Shown: positions 42,230 through 55,756 of the stretch, one piece after another | Position numbering within the stretch: position 1 is the first letter of the stretch | Layout of the letters: every line of letters begins with the position of its first letter | Source: Octopus vulgaris | Lineage: Eukaryota | Assembly (NCBI GenBank): GCA_951406725.2 | Contig: OX597832.1 | Location: 15,686,001 to 15,750,000, forward strand | Length of the DNA stretch: 64,000 bases | Direction of reading: 5' to 3' | The notes under the pieces: generated by a model | The model's database searches: none | The model's input: the letters and a program-made list of their open reading frames with translations, nothing else | Told to the model about the DNA's origin: nothing | Translations under genes and position numbers: made by a program

Positions 42230-43440
42230 GTATTTCTTTTCCAGATGGCATGGTACGCTGCTTTCTGCGAGGGCGTTGTGCCTCATAGGGTGGTAGTACC
42301 ATCATGGCATTTTAGGGCAATGATTAATCATATTTGTGATGTCTTCCACAGAAACATGACAGACTCTACTTAGTCTATTGCATCAAGTATCCCCGCTCCG
42401 TTGTCTATTTTTCTTATTAATTATTTAGTAGCAATCGCCTGATGTCGGATTTTGATTGTATCGCCTTGTAAGTGTGATGTGACGTATCTGTCACGAGTCC
42501 AAGAGTGTCTCCGCTTCATGTCAATGTTACAGTCTTCGTCAACTCTTCGGGAAACATACCCATGCAAGGTATTTTATATTACGATCATCATTTCACCTCC
42601 TGGTCTTCTTCAAATTATGTTTATCTGGTTGTTTTGTTGTTGTATATGAGATCCTTACGAAGAGAGAGATTCTACAAGAACTCAATTCCGAATAGTAGGA
42701 TATAGTTTCTTCATTTTGCAACATTAATTTAGTTTATATAGACTTTCTGCTGTTGCTTAGCAAGTGTTGCCCAAGAGAATCAGTGTAACATTCGACGGCT
42801 GGTAGCACTGCTATAAAGCTTCTACCTCCATTATCTCTTCATATGTAGAGCTAATGGTTATCACTATATCCGTGGATATATCCAGTTGGTGTCAGTATAT
42901 GGCGGGATATAATGTCTCGGTTTGGATTTCTTCTACAAACTAGTCACGCATCCCAGATATCATCAACGTTTAGTCACGTGTAGAGAGTATGACAAGGAAT
43001 GCCCAGGATTTCTGTTTTGGGGACTGATCTTTCTTCTTCAACAATCTAATATGAACAATTCTTCTGGCCAAATTCCATTTCTACATCATCTTAAAACGTT
43101 GTGCTTAAAATACCGCTGCTTTTTTACATTGCTAATATTTTTAGCATAAACGCTGTAGTTATGCCTAAAAAAAACTTGTTTTATATTAATATCTCTAGAA
43201 GTTGCAGACCCTGACATGTATCCATTTGGTTTTTGTAGCAGGGACGCTAATGGATTTAGCGCCAAAAGGAACAGAAATATAGAGCCTCGTTGGAATTTTC
43301 CCTTTGAAATATTTATAGCACTGGGGATTATTGTTCCATTCTCCTTTGTAGGGGTGAGAATTGATGCTCAGATTTTAGTGAGACTTTCTCTGGCAGTAAA
43401 TTAAGATAGCAGTCACAATTGCCAAATTAAGACACTTAAG
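42230..43440 (-). mobile_element. highly degenerate R4/Dong-like LINE relic
   Basis: Minus VEDITNMINHCPKMP*WYYHPMRHN (zinc-knuckle/RHN region) near 42270-42350, and a GIFQGDSL-like segment near 43280-43300. Confidence 0.55.
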
Positions 43441-45179
43441 CAGCCGTGCGTTGGTAATAGAGTCAAAATGCCTTTCTATGATCACGTCATTCTGGCGTAA
43501 GTCTCTTGCGTAAGTTTCTGTAGCTCAGACAGTACATCTTTTTTCATCAAAAGTTTTCTGCACATTCCCGCACTCACTTCTTTTCAGGGGTGGCCTGGAA
43601 TCACAATGATACTGAAACAATGAGTTGTAGTAGTTTGTGTACTGTTTATACATTATGGTTAGTGAAGCAATAGACCCGTAGATTTCAAGCAATATATGTA
43701 TATATGCATGTTTATATCCCTTGCATTAATCGTCAGAACAGCGGAATAGTGTGACGACATTTCCATTTATATCTGATATCCCCCCCACACACACACATAC
43801 ATACACACAAACACACCAAACAGAAAGAGAGAATTCTACTTGAGTTGCCTTTTAGCATAAAGGGACAAAAACATTGAATTACGTCGTTTTCTTGATTAAA
43901 ACGCATTGCAAATCGAAATCAACAAAGTAAACCGACGTAAACGAACATTACAAACGTAAACAAACTATTGATGAACATAAGGCCTGTTAGAAAATACTTA
44001 ATACTATAATATTAAAATAGATAAAAATTCCAGCCGTGTTGTACACATACATTTTCACGAATAGTATTCTTCCCTCGGCAATTAACGACACTTAACACAA
44101 ATGAACCCTGTGTTACTTTGAAAAGTAACTTAGAAAAGCATTCAAAATCATATAAGGACGACTGGTAACTCAAATACGATGTAAGTTACCTGGCATAATA
44201 GATAAGCATACGATATTGCTAGAAAATTCAAGTACTGAAAAACCTCTTCAAATATGAATGTATTGATAGCCTTTATCTATTAACTGGGGTTGGTAAAACT
44301 GAGGGAATCTGGTCTTATTGAAATAGCCATACATCTCTCACCTTTACGTAAATAAACGTCAAAAGTTATATAAAATAATATAAGATAGAAAAGAAATGCC
44401 TTGCCATTACTTAACGAAAAATGGATCGTAAAAGGAAAAAGAAACCAAATAATCAATATATGTGTGCAGTTGCCTACACATACATATAAATAAATATCAT
44501 ATGCGTGCGTATGAGAAATTATGTGGGTGTGTCCATATATAAAAGCTTAAACAGCTCATATCATCTAAACCGCGCTTTATATGACGATAGGGAGAATCAG
44601 AGCTATTTCGTGAGAACAATTTATTTGAACGAGAGACCAAAGGAAATTGCAGAGGGAACATTAATGAAAACCATATTAGGGTGAGGTCAATATGACATCA
44701 GAGAAATATCGGGAATAAATATGGAGAATAACGTTCAGCATATTAAAAAACAACTTTAGATCAGAATAGAACTGGAAGCGATATTTTATCACCGTATTCA
44801 TTATCCACCTTAGGCACAGAAAACTTCCAATACATTAAGGATAGCAAATAAATGTAATTCCTCACGGGTAGTATCCAATAAAGGGAATACACATCAAAAT
44901 GCATGATTGGGACGGAAGGATATTAGTTAATCAAAAGAAGATTACAATGCAAAAATGTATAGAGTGACATCGCGTTTAACAAAAACATATAAAGCATATG
45001 TCAATGCATCGGACTGAGTATCCCCTAAAACAATGCGTCATACAAGTGGATAAAAAAATAATCCAAAATATGTATGCAATAAAATGATGTAGCCTTGCGC
45101 AGGTTTATTCTAAGAATACAGTTCAAAGACGAAATCAAGATGAATCGGGAAGATTTATAAAAAAAGAAAAGAAAAAAAC

Positions 45180-45343
45180 GGCGCAGGAATGGCTGTGTGG
45201 TAAGTAGCTTGCTAACCAACCACATGGTTCCGGGTTCAGTCCCACTGCGTGGCAACTTGGGCAACTGTGTTCTGCTATAGCCCCGGGCCGACCAATGCCT
45301 TGTGAGTGGATTTGGTAGACGAAACTAAAAGAAGCCTGTCGTA

Positions 45344-45424
<81 letters not shown>

Positions 45425-45663
45425 GTATGCATGTGTGTGTATGTGTTTCTGTGTCTGTGTTTGTCCCCCTAGCATTGCTTGACAACCGATGCTGGTGTGT
45501 TTACGTCACCGTCACTTAGCAGTTCGGCAAAAGGGACGGATAGAAAAGTACTGGGCTTACAAAGAATAAGTCCCGGGGTCGATTTGCTCGACTAAAGGCG
45601 GTACTCCAGCATGGCCGCAGTCAAAATGACTGAAACAAGTAAAATCGTAAAAGAGTAAAGAGT
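45180..45663 (+). mobile_element. SINE family B, full length
   Basis: tRNA-like head TGGCTGTGTGGTAAG..GGTTCAGTCCC, CORE-like ACTTGGGCAA segment, internal (TA)n, LINE-like tail. Confidence 0.9.
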
Positions 45664-46082
45664 TTTGAAACTCGAGTTACTTTTTGCTGTATTAAGCCAG
45701 TTCGCAAAAATGAAGCATGAAGAATAAAATGACAAGAAACAGTCCACCGTACTCTATCAACATGCCAAAGACGAAAATGATAGCGAACTAGGCGGAACTT
45801 ACATCCATATTTTTTTCGAAGCATCGAAATGATCCATCACTTAGACACATACAAGAGCACCTCCTCGTAAACGAATGTTACTCGTACGAAAAAGGAAATA
45901 CACGTAGAATGTAGAGATACCGTAAGGCGACAGATACCACACGCAGAGTAAGCATACATAGCTACATTCGGAAGTAGGTAAATAGGCAAGTAGGTACGTA
46001 GGTAGATGGGAATATATGCAAACTAACAAGTAGATAATTAGGCAAGTAGGTCGATAATTAACAGGGGGGTAAATAGGTAAGT

Positions 46083-46158
<76 letters not shown>

Positions 46159-46180
46159 TTATATATATATATATATATAT

Positions 46181-46412
46181 ACCGGAGTAAACACATAAAT
46201 GTAAACAAGGTGGAAAAAGAGTACTCAAAGTAATATGCTTTATTTTAAGCAGCAGAAAATTCAACAAAATCTGTTACTCTGAGTTTCTCGTTGCCGTTCA
46301 TCAGACAGTTTTGCTAGCAAAAACTGTCTGATAAACGGCAACGAGAAACTCAGAGTAACAGATTTTGTTGAATTTTGATAATTTGTTGAATTTTCTGCTG
46401 CTTAAAATAAAG

Positions 46413-46415
<3 letters not shown>
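46181..46415. mobile_element. fold-back mini-element with paired hammerhead cores
   Basis: Near-perfect palindrome 46238-46412 centred on TTGCTAGCAA (46311-46320), with an ~18-bp duplication in the right arm, a ~57-bp unpaired tail and (TA)n flanks. Confidence 0.85.
46271..46308 (-). ncRNA. minimal type I hammerhead ribozyme
   Basis: CTGT-CTGATGA-A CG GCAA CG A-GAAA-CTCAGAG-TA-ACAG: stem I CTGT/ACAG, both core boxes intact, GNRA-capped stem II, quasi-palindromic stem III, GUA site. The plus-strand twin (46324-46361) has CTGATAA. Confidence 0.8.
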
Positions 46416-46473
<58 letters not shown>

Positions 46474-46894
46474 AGAGAGAGAGAGACAGATAGATAGATA
46501 TCTAGGGGTGTAGGTAGGTAGGTAGCTGCATAGGTAAATACGAAAATACAGGCGCTCACAGGCATCAGGTGGCAGGAGCACATGGCCATATAGACACACA
46601 CTTCAAAGGCAAGCACGCAACACGATTTCAAACAGAAACACGTGGCTTCTAAAGTGGACTAAGCCAATAGACATTGAGCAGTTTGCAAGTAGCAACGAAA
46701 GAGGTTTGAGAGATAACAACAACACAATCAGATATTGACCAATTGGCTAACAATAAATAAGTGGAATTGAACATGTGTGTGTTAATCGTATTTGCATAAT
46801 GACTCTTATTAAACACAAGAACTAGTTAAAAAAAACGGGTTATGTATATACGTATGTGATTGTGTTTATGTGTGATTGTGTGTATTTATTTAGA

Positions 46895-46970
<76 letters not shown>

Positions 46971-47279
46971 TGTGTGTACGGAACACAAATGCAATCGAGG
47001 ACAATAAACATCTGGACAAAATAGAGAAGAATTAGAGGGACATGAAAAAAAAAAGACTTGAGATGTGTGGCCTTCTTTCGTCAGTCACGTTACCACATAT
47101 TCTTGCACTTTCGGGCGGTTACTCTTGAGATTGTTCCATCTGGTTGCCCCCGCAAATGGTCGAAGGCAAGAGCTTTAGATATTTTATTAGAAAGCTAGCG
47201 AATGTGTACGACAAAAACAATAGCATGTTACGCAATGACAAATACAAACAAGAAGAATATAACCTCGTCTGCCTTTCGA

Positions 47280-47342
47280 CTGAGAACGAATCAAATTTAG
47301 CTGAGAACGAATCAAATTTAGCTGAGAACGAATCAAATTTAG
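47280..47342 (+). repeat. 21-bp tandem repeat x3
   Basis: CTGAGAACGAATCAAATTTAG, three exact copies. Confidence 0.95.
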
Positions 47343-48086
47343 CATGTCTAAAGTGAGAGCCTTAAGGCAGAAACATAGATGAACATGGGAGGAGTTGGCG
47401 GTAGGAACTCAGGCCAAGAAAGAGTATCGCTGGCCAAACACTGGTCCCGATGAAGGAGAAGAGAGTGGTAAGGGGCAGCGGGATTGAAGGAATAGGAAAA
47501 AAATCAAAAATGCAAAGGGAAAAGTACAGGGGAGATAAACGAGGAGGGAGAGTGGAAGTTAAGGAAAGACTGGGTCAAGAAATGCTTTGAGAGGGAGAAC
47601 GAGACAAACGAAACCTGGAGAAAGTATGAGGGGGGTTAAAAAAAACAGAGTAAAAGAATCGTACAATAGATACATACTACATGATGAGAAAATGTGTGCG
47701 TACGACGGTACGTGTATATATAAATATGTAAAATGGAACAAAAGTGCAATAGCGGGAAATAAAGAATCCGGACATACATATTTATATATACAAATTTATT
47801 AGAATATAAAAGTAATCAAACATATTCACACACCTGCATGCATGGGAAAATATACTAATATACACACCGCAGTCACGTTTGCTCAAGTATTTATTGACAT
47901 CCTTTAATCAGACAGAAATTCATAGTAAGAAATATCATACTTGAATGCCAAAATGTCATATCACAGAAACGAAAACGGTAATTACTTTCTAGTTTATGTA
48001 TGTTGTGCCCAAATTTAACATGGCTCATTAAAGAAATACGTTGTCAATTATACATGCCTCGTTTTAATCTGCATTATAATAAAAGA

Positions 48087-48132
<46 letters not shown>

Positions 48133-48918
48133 AATTTAGTATTAGTGCACAAACATGTGTATGTACGTATGTATGTAATGTATATATGAATGTATATCAT
48201 CATCTGCTGCATGACGGATGATTTTCCTTGGAGTCAATTACAGTTGTAAATATCATAAAAATTATTGTCATTCCACCGTAATATAATTTAATAAAATTCA
48301 TGACTATCAACATCTTCTGTATCATTACCCTTCATCGTCATAATAACAGGCATCTTCGCTATATCCATGAACGTGAATATACTTGTCCTCTAATAAGCTA
48401 TGCCATACGCATTCCAATCCGTCATTACATTTTTCCTCTATTAATTATACCACTCTTTATATGTATTATAATTACATTAACAATGATGATTATGAAGATG
48501 TTTGTGATGAGGAAATCCTCTGTTTTATATGGACGATCTGAAGCTGAATGCTAGAAAAGACGAACAGCTAGCTGTAGGGCTGTTAATAGCCTTAAAAAAA
48601 ATTAATCGAGATGGATTTTGGCCTTGATAAGTGTGCTAAAGGGACTTTAGTGAGACGAAAGCTCAAGCAAACAGCTTCTATTAAATTAGATACTGACACT
48701 ACCACCAAGGAGCTTGACTCACAAGGGAGATATAAATACCCGGGGATATGCGAAGGGGAATCTATGCAACATGCTATTATGAAAGAAAATACTATGAAAG
48801 AAAATACGAAAGGAGTATTACAGAAGAATACATCACATACATAAATTGAAGTCAACTCTAAAAATTGCATTGGAGCCATTAGTACCCTGACACTTCCAGT
48901 AGTCCAATACATTTTTAA

Positions 48919-49130
48919 TACCTATCTCTTTGCTACCCGCAAGGGGTTAAACACAGAGGGGACAAACATGGAAAGACACACAGTGCGTATCTGGTACTTA
49001 TTTAATCGACCCCGAAAGGATGAAAGGCAAAGTCGACCTCGGCGGAATTTGAACTCAGAACGTAACGGCAGACGAAATACGGCTACGCATTTCGCCCGGC
49101 GTGCTACCGTTTCTGCCAGCTCGCCTCCTT
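48919..49130 (-). mobile_element. SINE family C nested in the LINE
   Basis: Homologous to the other C copies; TSD TTTTAATACCTA (48913-48924, 49133-49144). Confidence 0.9.
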
Positions 49131-49770
49131 TGTTTTAATACCTAACTAGAATCTTATAGAACTTCAGCTGCTGGAGGGGAGGACAAGAAAGGTAACATCT
49201 AATTACATGCACCACAAAAAACAGACGTCGATCATCTGTACCTACCTAGAAGTAATGGGGGAAGATGACTGATGCAGGTAGAAATGTGCTATAAGATCTC
49301 CACAATAGCATTGAACAAGTACTACTCTAGTACAGAAGATAGGATGCTGCGCATGCGTGCACGCACGAAAGCAGCAAAAAGTTATACTCCAGTGTCAAGG
49401 ATGTTTGTAAATTCGCGTGGGAACTTGGCATTAACTCTGAATTATATGAAGAACCTGAAATCACTGGCACAAACAAAGAGAAATGGCTTGAACAGGTTGC
49501 ATAAAAGAATGAGCAGAAACAAACTGAGGAGCAGTATAGCCAGAAGTCTCTGCATGGATAGCCAAAATGCTGATGTAGAGCATGATACAACCCATCAATG
49601 GCTGAGAAGCTCAGGAATGAAATCAGAGACTGAAGGTGTCCTATGGGCGCAATAAAATCAGAGCTTCCTTGCCAAACACTACTAGGCTGACGTTTTAAAT
49701 TGGTTTCATCCCCAAATGTAGTTTCTGCGATAAATTTGATGAAACAATACTGGTCTTGTTATGTTCTGTA

Positions 49771-50041
49771 CCGTCGGCTGCGGGGTCATTCCGAAAAGCT
49801 CTACCTGCGACGATTTCATCTCAATCGAAGGAGAGGAGCTTTCTCCGTCCGGGTTGCGTATCCGTGGAACAAGCTGCCAGACGAGATGGTGAAGATGCCG
49901 ACGACCGCTTTGTTCAAAGCCTCCCTGGACCTCAAGCAACCTGAGCTCTTTACATGAACACCACACTGTACTTAACTCCATGTCCCCCTACATGGCCTTG
50001 CTATTTGCTTTTGAGCCAAATTAACTAACTAACTAACTAAC
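49771..50041 (+). mobile_element. CR1-like LINE 3' terminal fragment nested in the R4-like relic
   Basis: RLRGHSEKL..GAFSVRVAYPWNKLP..FKASLD (CR1 ORF2 C-terminus), short UTR, (TAAC)n tail. Confidence 0.85.
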
Positions 50042-50660
50042 AAACGAATACAAAAATCGGCACTGTAGTTTAGGACAGTATTTACGATGGAAAATATGTA
50101 AACACTACAAAATCAACCGCCCTGCTTACTAGTATGAACATTATCCTGAGCCATTCGCCGGAGGTTAAAATGTCACTATCCGCTGCGATTTTTCAGTTAA
50201 CACCGACAGAAGGAAACGGGTTAATCGGCCAGACATAGTCAATAAAGACAGACAAGAAAATACTTGTAGACTAATAGAGATAAGTGTTCCCGCTGATAAA
50301 ATAATATGCAAAGGAATTTCAGAAATTAAATAAAAGGACGCGAAAATAGAAATACAAACGTTAGGTACATTAACGTGAAAACTGTTTCAGATATTGTGGA
50401 TGCAGAAGGTCTAATAAGAAATATCTAGATAATATCTCAGGAGAAAAATCCAAAAGACTGTGCTGAAAAGTACTACCCTCATCCTTAGAAAAACTCTATC
50501 AATTAAAATGTATGTGTTGTATTACATGATGATATTTCGTTACTGCCCCCAGCGACTGGCCTCCCCTGCTTTCGGTCGTACTGTAATATCACTTGACCTT
50601 CATTCACCCGCTGGATTTGTCTTAGCGAGTGATTGTAACAATCATACAGATTAAAATTAA

Positions 50661-50666
50661 ATGATA

Positions 50667-50724
<58 letters not shown>

Positions 50725-50789
50725 TAATTATAATAATAATAATTATTATTGTTATTATTATTGTTATCATTATTATTATTATTATTATC

Positions 50790-50848
<59 letters not shown>

Positions 50849-50904
50849 CATCATTATCATCACCATCATCATCATCATCATCGTCATCGTCATCATCATT
50901 ATTA
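50661..50904. repeat. (AAT)n/(ATT)n/(ATC)n compound array
   Basis: Direct inspection. Confidence 0.96.
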
Positions 50905-51859
50905 TGCGTTCTACGTTGGACGCATTGCCGGAAATTTCGCAACTTTATTCCCGACACGTCGACGTTTTTCAGTCGACTATATGCTTGCAAGAGACCGTTT
51001 TCATTTTGTCTAGAAATAGGAAATGACGCCATTTCCTTTGTATTACTGCTTTGTGTGTTGGTACTCGCGACGTTAGTGTTGGTGTTGTGGCAGCAGTGTT
51101 CTTACATTCCGTCATACCGCTCTCTGCTGTCATTGTTCGCTTTTGTTATTCATACGGTGGTGATTGGTGCAATGATTTTTAGCAGTAGATATTAGCCTTA
51201 TAGTATTCTCGTGTATCTTGTTTGTTGCCGTTGCTGTTCTCTCAAATTTTGTTGTAGCCATTGATGTTATAAATACTGCAGCATCTGTCACTAATTGTTG
51301 CAATATCACCGTCCTGTTCTATGGATAACTGGCTCTTCTTCTCAGTGGATAAAGATTCTCGTAGAGAACATTTTACTTTTGAGCAACATTTGAAAGGCTT
51401 GTTCGCTAATGAAATCATGTCTCAACCCCTAAGCAGTATAGATGTCAAACAAGGGCAGACAAATGTATTAAGCCGATTGCATCAAGATCGCTATGTTCTT
51501 GTTTAGTTTAGTTTATCATTAAAACGATAACAAATATGTTTAGTATATAACATTGTGTAACAACGAAAGAATAGGAACGAAAATAGCTTAAGCGAGCGAT
51601 GCATATTACGTATTGATAGTCGAACAGGCACACCAGCAAAAACAACAATATTTTTTATTTGCCATCAGGGCGAAGTATGAGAGGTAAAATGCAAAGACAG
51701 TGATAAAGTGCTATGGTTAACATTTAATGGGATGATATAAAAAAGATGGAACTATACACAGCATACATTAAAACAAGTGAAGTATACAGCAAAAAGAAAA
51801 AATAATTGTGATGATCGAGGATCGATGACCCCCACCTCCACCATCCAAGATCAGCCTGA

Positions 51860-52097
51860 ATACCTATTTCTTTACTACCCAGAGGAGGCTAGACACTGAG
51901 AGGACAAACAAGGACAGACAGACGGCTTAAGGTGTTTATATCGACACCAGTGCGTACCTGGTACTTATTTAATCGACCCCGAAAGGATAAAAGGCAAAGT
52001 CGACCTCGGTGGAATTTGAACGCAGAACGTAACCGCAGACGAAATACCGCTAAGCATTTCGCCCGGCGTACAAAAGTTCACAACAGCTCACTGCCTT
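51860..52097 (-). mobile_element. SINE family C
   Basis: Full copy; TSD TGAATACCT (51857-51865, 52097-52105). Confidence 0.88.
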
Positions 52098-52109
52098 GAA
52101 TACCTTTTC

Positions 52110-52715
52110 CTGTGACTCGCAGGTCAACCAACCACCCTTGCCATTTTAACAAATGTCACCCAGCTTTTCATAAATTCACTCGAGAACAACACCTCCCGCT
52201 CCACTCTCGCTGCCTTTTTCATGTGAAACTTGAAGAAGTCGATGAGGGCTTTACGAAAATTGGTGTGATACTGTCGTGTTTCCTTTCAGCTTCAAATATC
52301 AGACAACATATTTCGCCGCAGCAACCAAGAAAGAAAAAACTGCCTTGAATGCCAGATTAAAGGAGGGCAGCGTGACAACAACCAATATAGGCTCGGAGGA
52401 CAGACGGATCCCACCTGGACGGGAAACCGCTGATCGACATAATTCCATAAGTCAGCAATTACCGTGCACTGAATGAATGCATGCGGAACGGTATCATTGC
52501 TCTGTGTACACCTCGGACAGACCCATTTGACAGCATATTCGTGCCTGTAGAGTTTACGCCGAACTGGTAGAGTTCTCTCCCCTCGGTTGCACTGCTAGAG
52601 CAAAGACCTCCATAATAGTCCCCACCCTGAATGTCCTGCAGAACAGACTAGTAAGTTCATCTTCGTCAACGTCCAGGATCTCCCTCAGGACGTCGTTCTA
52701 CTTCAGTGTCAGTAA
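52110..52715 (-). mobile_element. Tx1/L1-group LINE ORF2 C-terminal relic
   Basis: Minus RKLYRHEYAVKWVCPRCTQSNDTVPHAFIQCTVIADLWNYV, a CCHC zinc knuckle of L1/Tx1 type; locally GC-rich. Confidence 0.7.
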
Positions 52716-52741
52716 TCCTCTACTGTATATTATAGTGGAAC

Positions 52742-52980
52742 ATACCTATTTCTTTACTACGCACAAGGGGCTAAACACAGAGAGGACAAACAAGGACAGA
52801 CAAATTTATTAAGCCGATTGCATCAAACCCAGTGTGTAACTAGTACTTATTTAATCGACCCCGAAAAGGATGAAAGGCAAAGTCGACCTCGGCGGAATTT
52901 GAACTCAGTACGTAGCGGCATACGAAATGCCGCTAAGCATTTCGCCCGGCATGCTAACGTTTCTGCCAGCTCGTCGCCTT
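52742..52980 (-). mobile_element. SINE family C
   Basis: Full copy; TSD TATAGTGGAACATAC (52731-52745, 52980-52994). Confidence 0.9.
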
Positions 52981-53999
52981 ATAGTGGAACATACGACTTC
53001 TTGCTCGCTGCTGCATATAGCAGTGACCATACCATATCGTTTACCTCCGTCTGTGTGCAGCACTGAGAGCCACTCAACTTCAAGGCTATTTTCACTCTCT
53101 GACAGAGTAGGCAATTTAACCATCTTCTCATGTGAGGGATTCATTTATAAATAATTGCTCGTCTTTCAGAGATTTTTTTCCTCTTCACCAAGGCACATAG
53201 CACATGGTTTCTATAATGGCACACTTATACTTAAGTGCCTTAATTTTTAAGTCATCCACTGACAAAATAGTCCAATTGCTAACGGCTTTAGAAAGAGAAT
53301 TAGATTTCTTGTGGTTCATTGTATTATTAATTCTGCTACTGTCCTTGTTGTTGCTTGTTTCGTCGACGCTGTTCTTCTCCACAAAGTTATCATTGTTTCT
53401 GTTACTTACAAATGTGTTGTTCATCTTACATGTTGTTGATATTGTTGCTTATACAGCTGTTATTGTTGCTTCTGCTGTTTATAGTGGTGGTGGTAGAGGT
53501 GGTGTTGGTTCTGCGGTTTGCGTTGTTGCTCCAGGTACTTTTGCAATTGTTACTGACGTCATAGCAAACAGGAGGAAATTACATTTCTCTTTGTCGAGAA
53601 ATGTATTCCTCTTCAGCTGCGTTTATGTTCAGAATTATCACAGAATGCTACTCCACTCCGGAGTCAGCAGAATGCTACCCTTGGTTGATCATTATAATTT
53701 TTTAGTAATCAGACAATATTTTTAATGAGAAAAAAAGGACAAAAATACTGTCTTCACAAAAAATGCAAAAACGCACCACATTTATTACACTCCCACCCGA
53801 AAAACGGGGTGTAATTACACAAAATATTATCTCCATGATCCAGATAATGTAAGCAAAATACCTGTTATATAAAATTTGAATAAACGTTGTGCAACCAGTC
53901 GAAATGCTTGATGAAAGACTTCAAGACTACGGAGGCCCAACGTGTATGACATGACAGGCTGACGGCTATATAATACTAAAAAAATATATATAAAATAAC

Positions 54000-54043
<44 letters not shown>

Positions 54044-54108
54044 CAATAACAACAACAACGATAATAATAATGATAATAATAATAATAACAACAATAACAA
54101 CAACAATG

Positions 54109-54186
<78 letters not shown>

Positions 54187-54476
54187 GCAAAAGGGGCTGA
54201 TAGCTACCTAACTCAGATACCAGGAAACCCAAAAATGGCAGAAGTTCAAAAGATAGTGCTCATGGGAACTGCTCATATCCTACGCAAAATACTCTCTATG
54301 TAATCTCAAGGTTTAAAACAAACATAATTTTCGGTTTAAAAAAAAAAAAAAAAAAAACCCTTTTTTTTTTCTTTTTAGACATTCATTAGTACAACATCCC
54401 CACCCCCAAATATATGGCACACTAGGCATAACAACAACATGAACTTCCAACCCTGTTGTCTCTTGAGGTCTCTGGG

Positions 54477-54478
<2 letters not shown>
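54187..54478 (+). mobile_element. R4/Dong-like LINE extreme 3' fragment inside (AAT)n
   Basis: AKGADSYLTQIPGNPKMAEVQKIVLMGTAHILRKILSM*, then 3' UTR; (AAT)n at 53995-54186 and from 54479. Confidence 0.88.
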
Positions 54479-54519
<41 letters not shown>

Positions 54520-55439
54520 TGATGACGATGATGATGATGATAACAAGAGAACACACATAGGGCAATCCTCGGCTTAGCCGGAGATGAGTTTTAAAATAAA
54601 CTCGACTGCTCTCACAAGCAACAATTCTGAAAATGAACTCAACTTTCATAAATTAAGAAAAATGTACCGGGAAAATAATCCAGAATCGTTGTCCGATCGA
54701 GCCCAAAGGTATTCATGGAATGTGATTGAGGGTTTGCGGGCCGTGTCTTGAATGGTGTGTGTGGGTTTGTGGTCAACAGGGTCAGATCATTCTATGAAGG
54801 ACGTTTTTAGTCTATACGCTGATATACTGTCCTTACGACCATTAAGGTCCATAGCGAGAAATTTATCCGTGCGAGAAATGAAACCGGAACGGACATGGAT
54901 ACGGTGCTGTTAACGGATGCTTATCAACATTGTTTCACCACCGTTTATTCGGTACCAGATCGATCCCCAAAAATAAAGCTTCCTTCGAGGCAGAGCTAGA
55001 AATGCAATGGTCAAGTAGGTAAGAGGTATTAAACAGAAGCGATATATTCAAAATCTGTACAACTAAAAATTGTTGAACATGAATAAAATATTTTACTGAA
55101 TATGTTAGTATTATTTAATTTCCGAACGGTTTTGCTGCCGCTAGTTTGTGTAGTTGGATAACGTTTTCTACTAAGATAGAAACGCGAGTAAATGTAATAC
55201 CAGAGAAACGAATAACAATTTGGAAACGGCAACGCCACTATATCTCACGTGAAAACCATGAACGTGCTTTCAAGGGAGAGAATCAGAGAAAGACATGAAA
55301 GTCAATGTAAGATCGTAATACTTCATGTAAAGTAAATAGAAAAAGTATCCTTATTCGGTACCGGATCGATCCCAAAATGTAATCTGTTCAGACCTATAAC
55401 AAGGCAATAATACTAATAACAGTTACGTTTTCAACTTTT

Positions 55440-55756
<317 letters not shown>

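Larger units (their letters stand above)
48525..50650 (+). mobile_element. R4/Dong-like LINE 3' half with nested insertions
   Basis: YMDDLKL, MDFGLDKCAK, YKYPG, LYLPRSNGGR, HQWLRSSGMKSETEG, NRPDI..LIEISVP and VLKSTTLILRKTL motifs; (TAA)n follows at 50661. Confidence 0.85.

Noticed and set aside
47280-47342. CRISPR-like array
   Set aside because: The repeats are contiguous with no spacers, and the context is eukaryotic.
53204-53725. 173-aa hydrophobic ORF
   Set aside because: Built from degenerate GTT/GGT/ATT triplets, with no recognisable domain.
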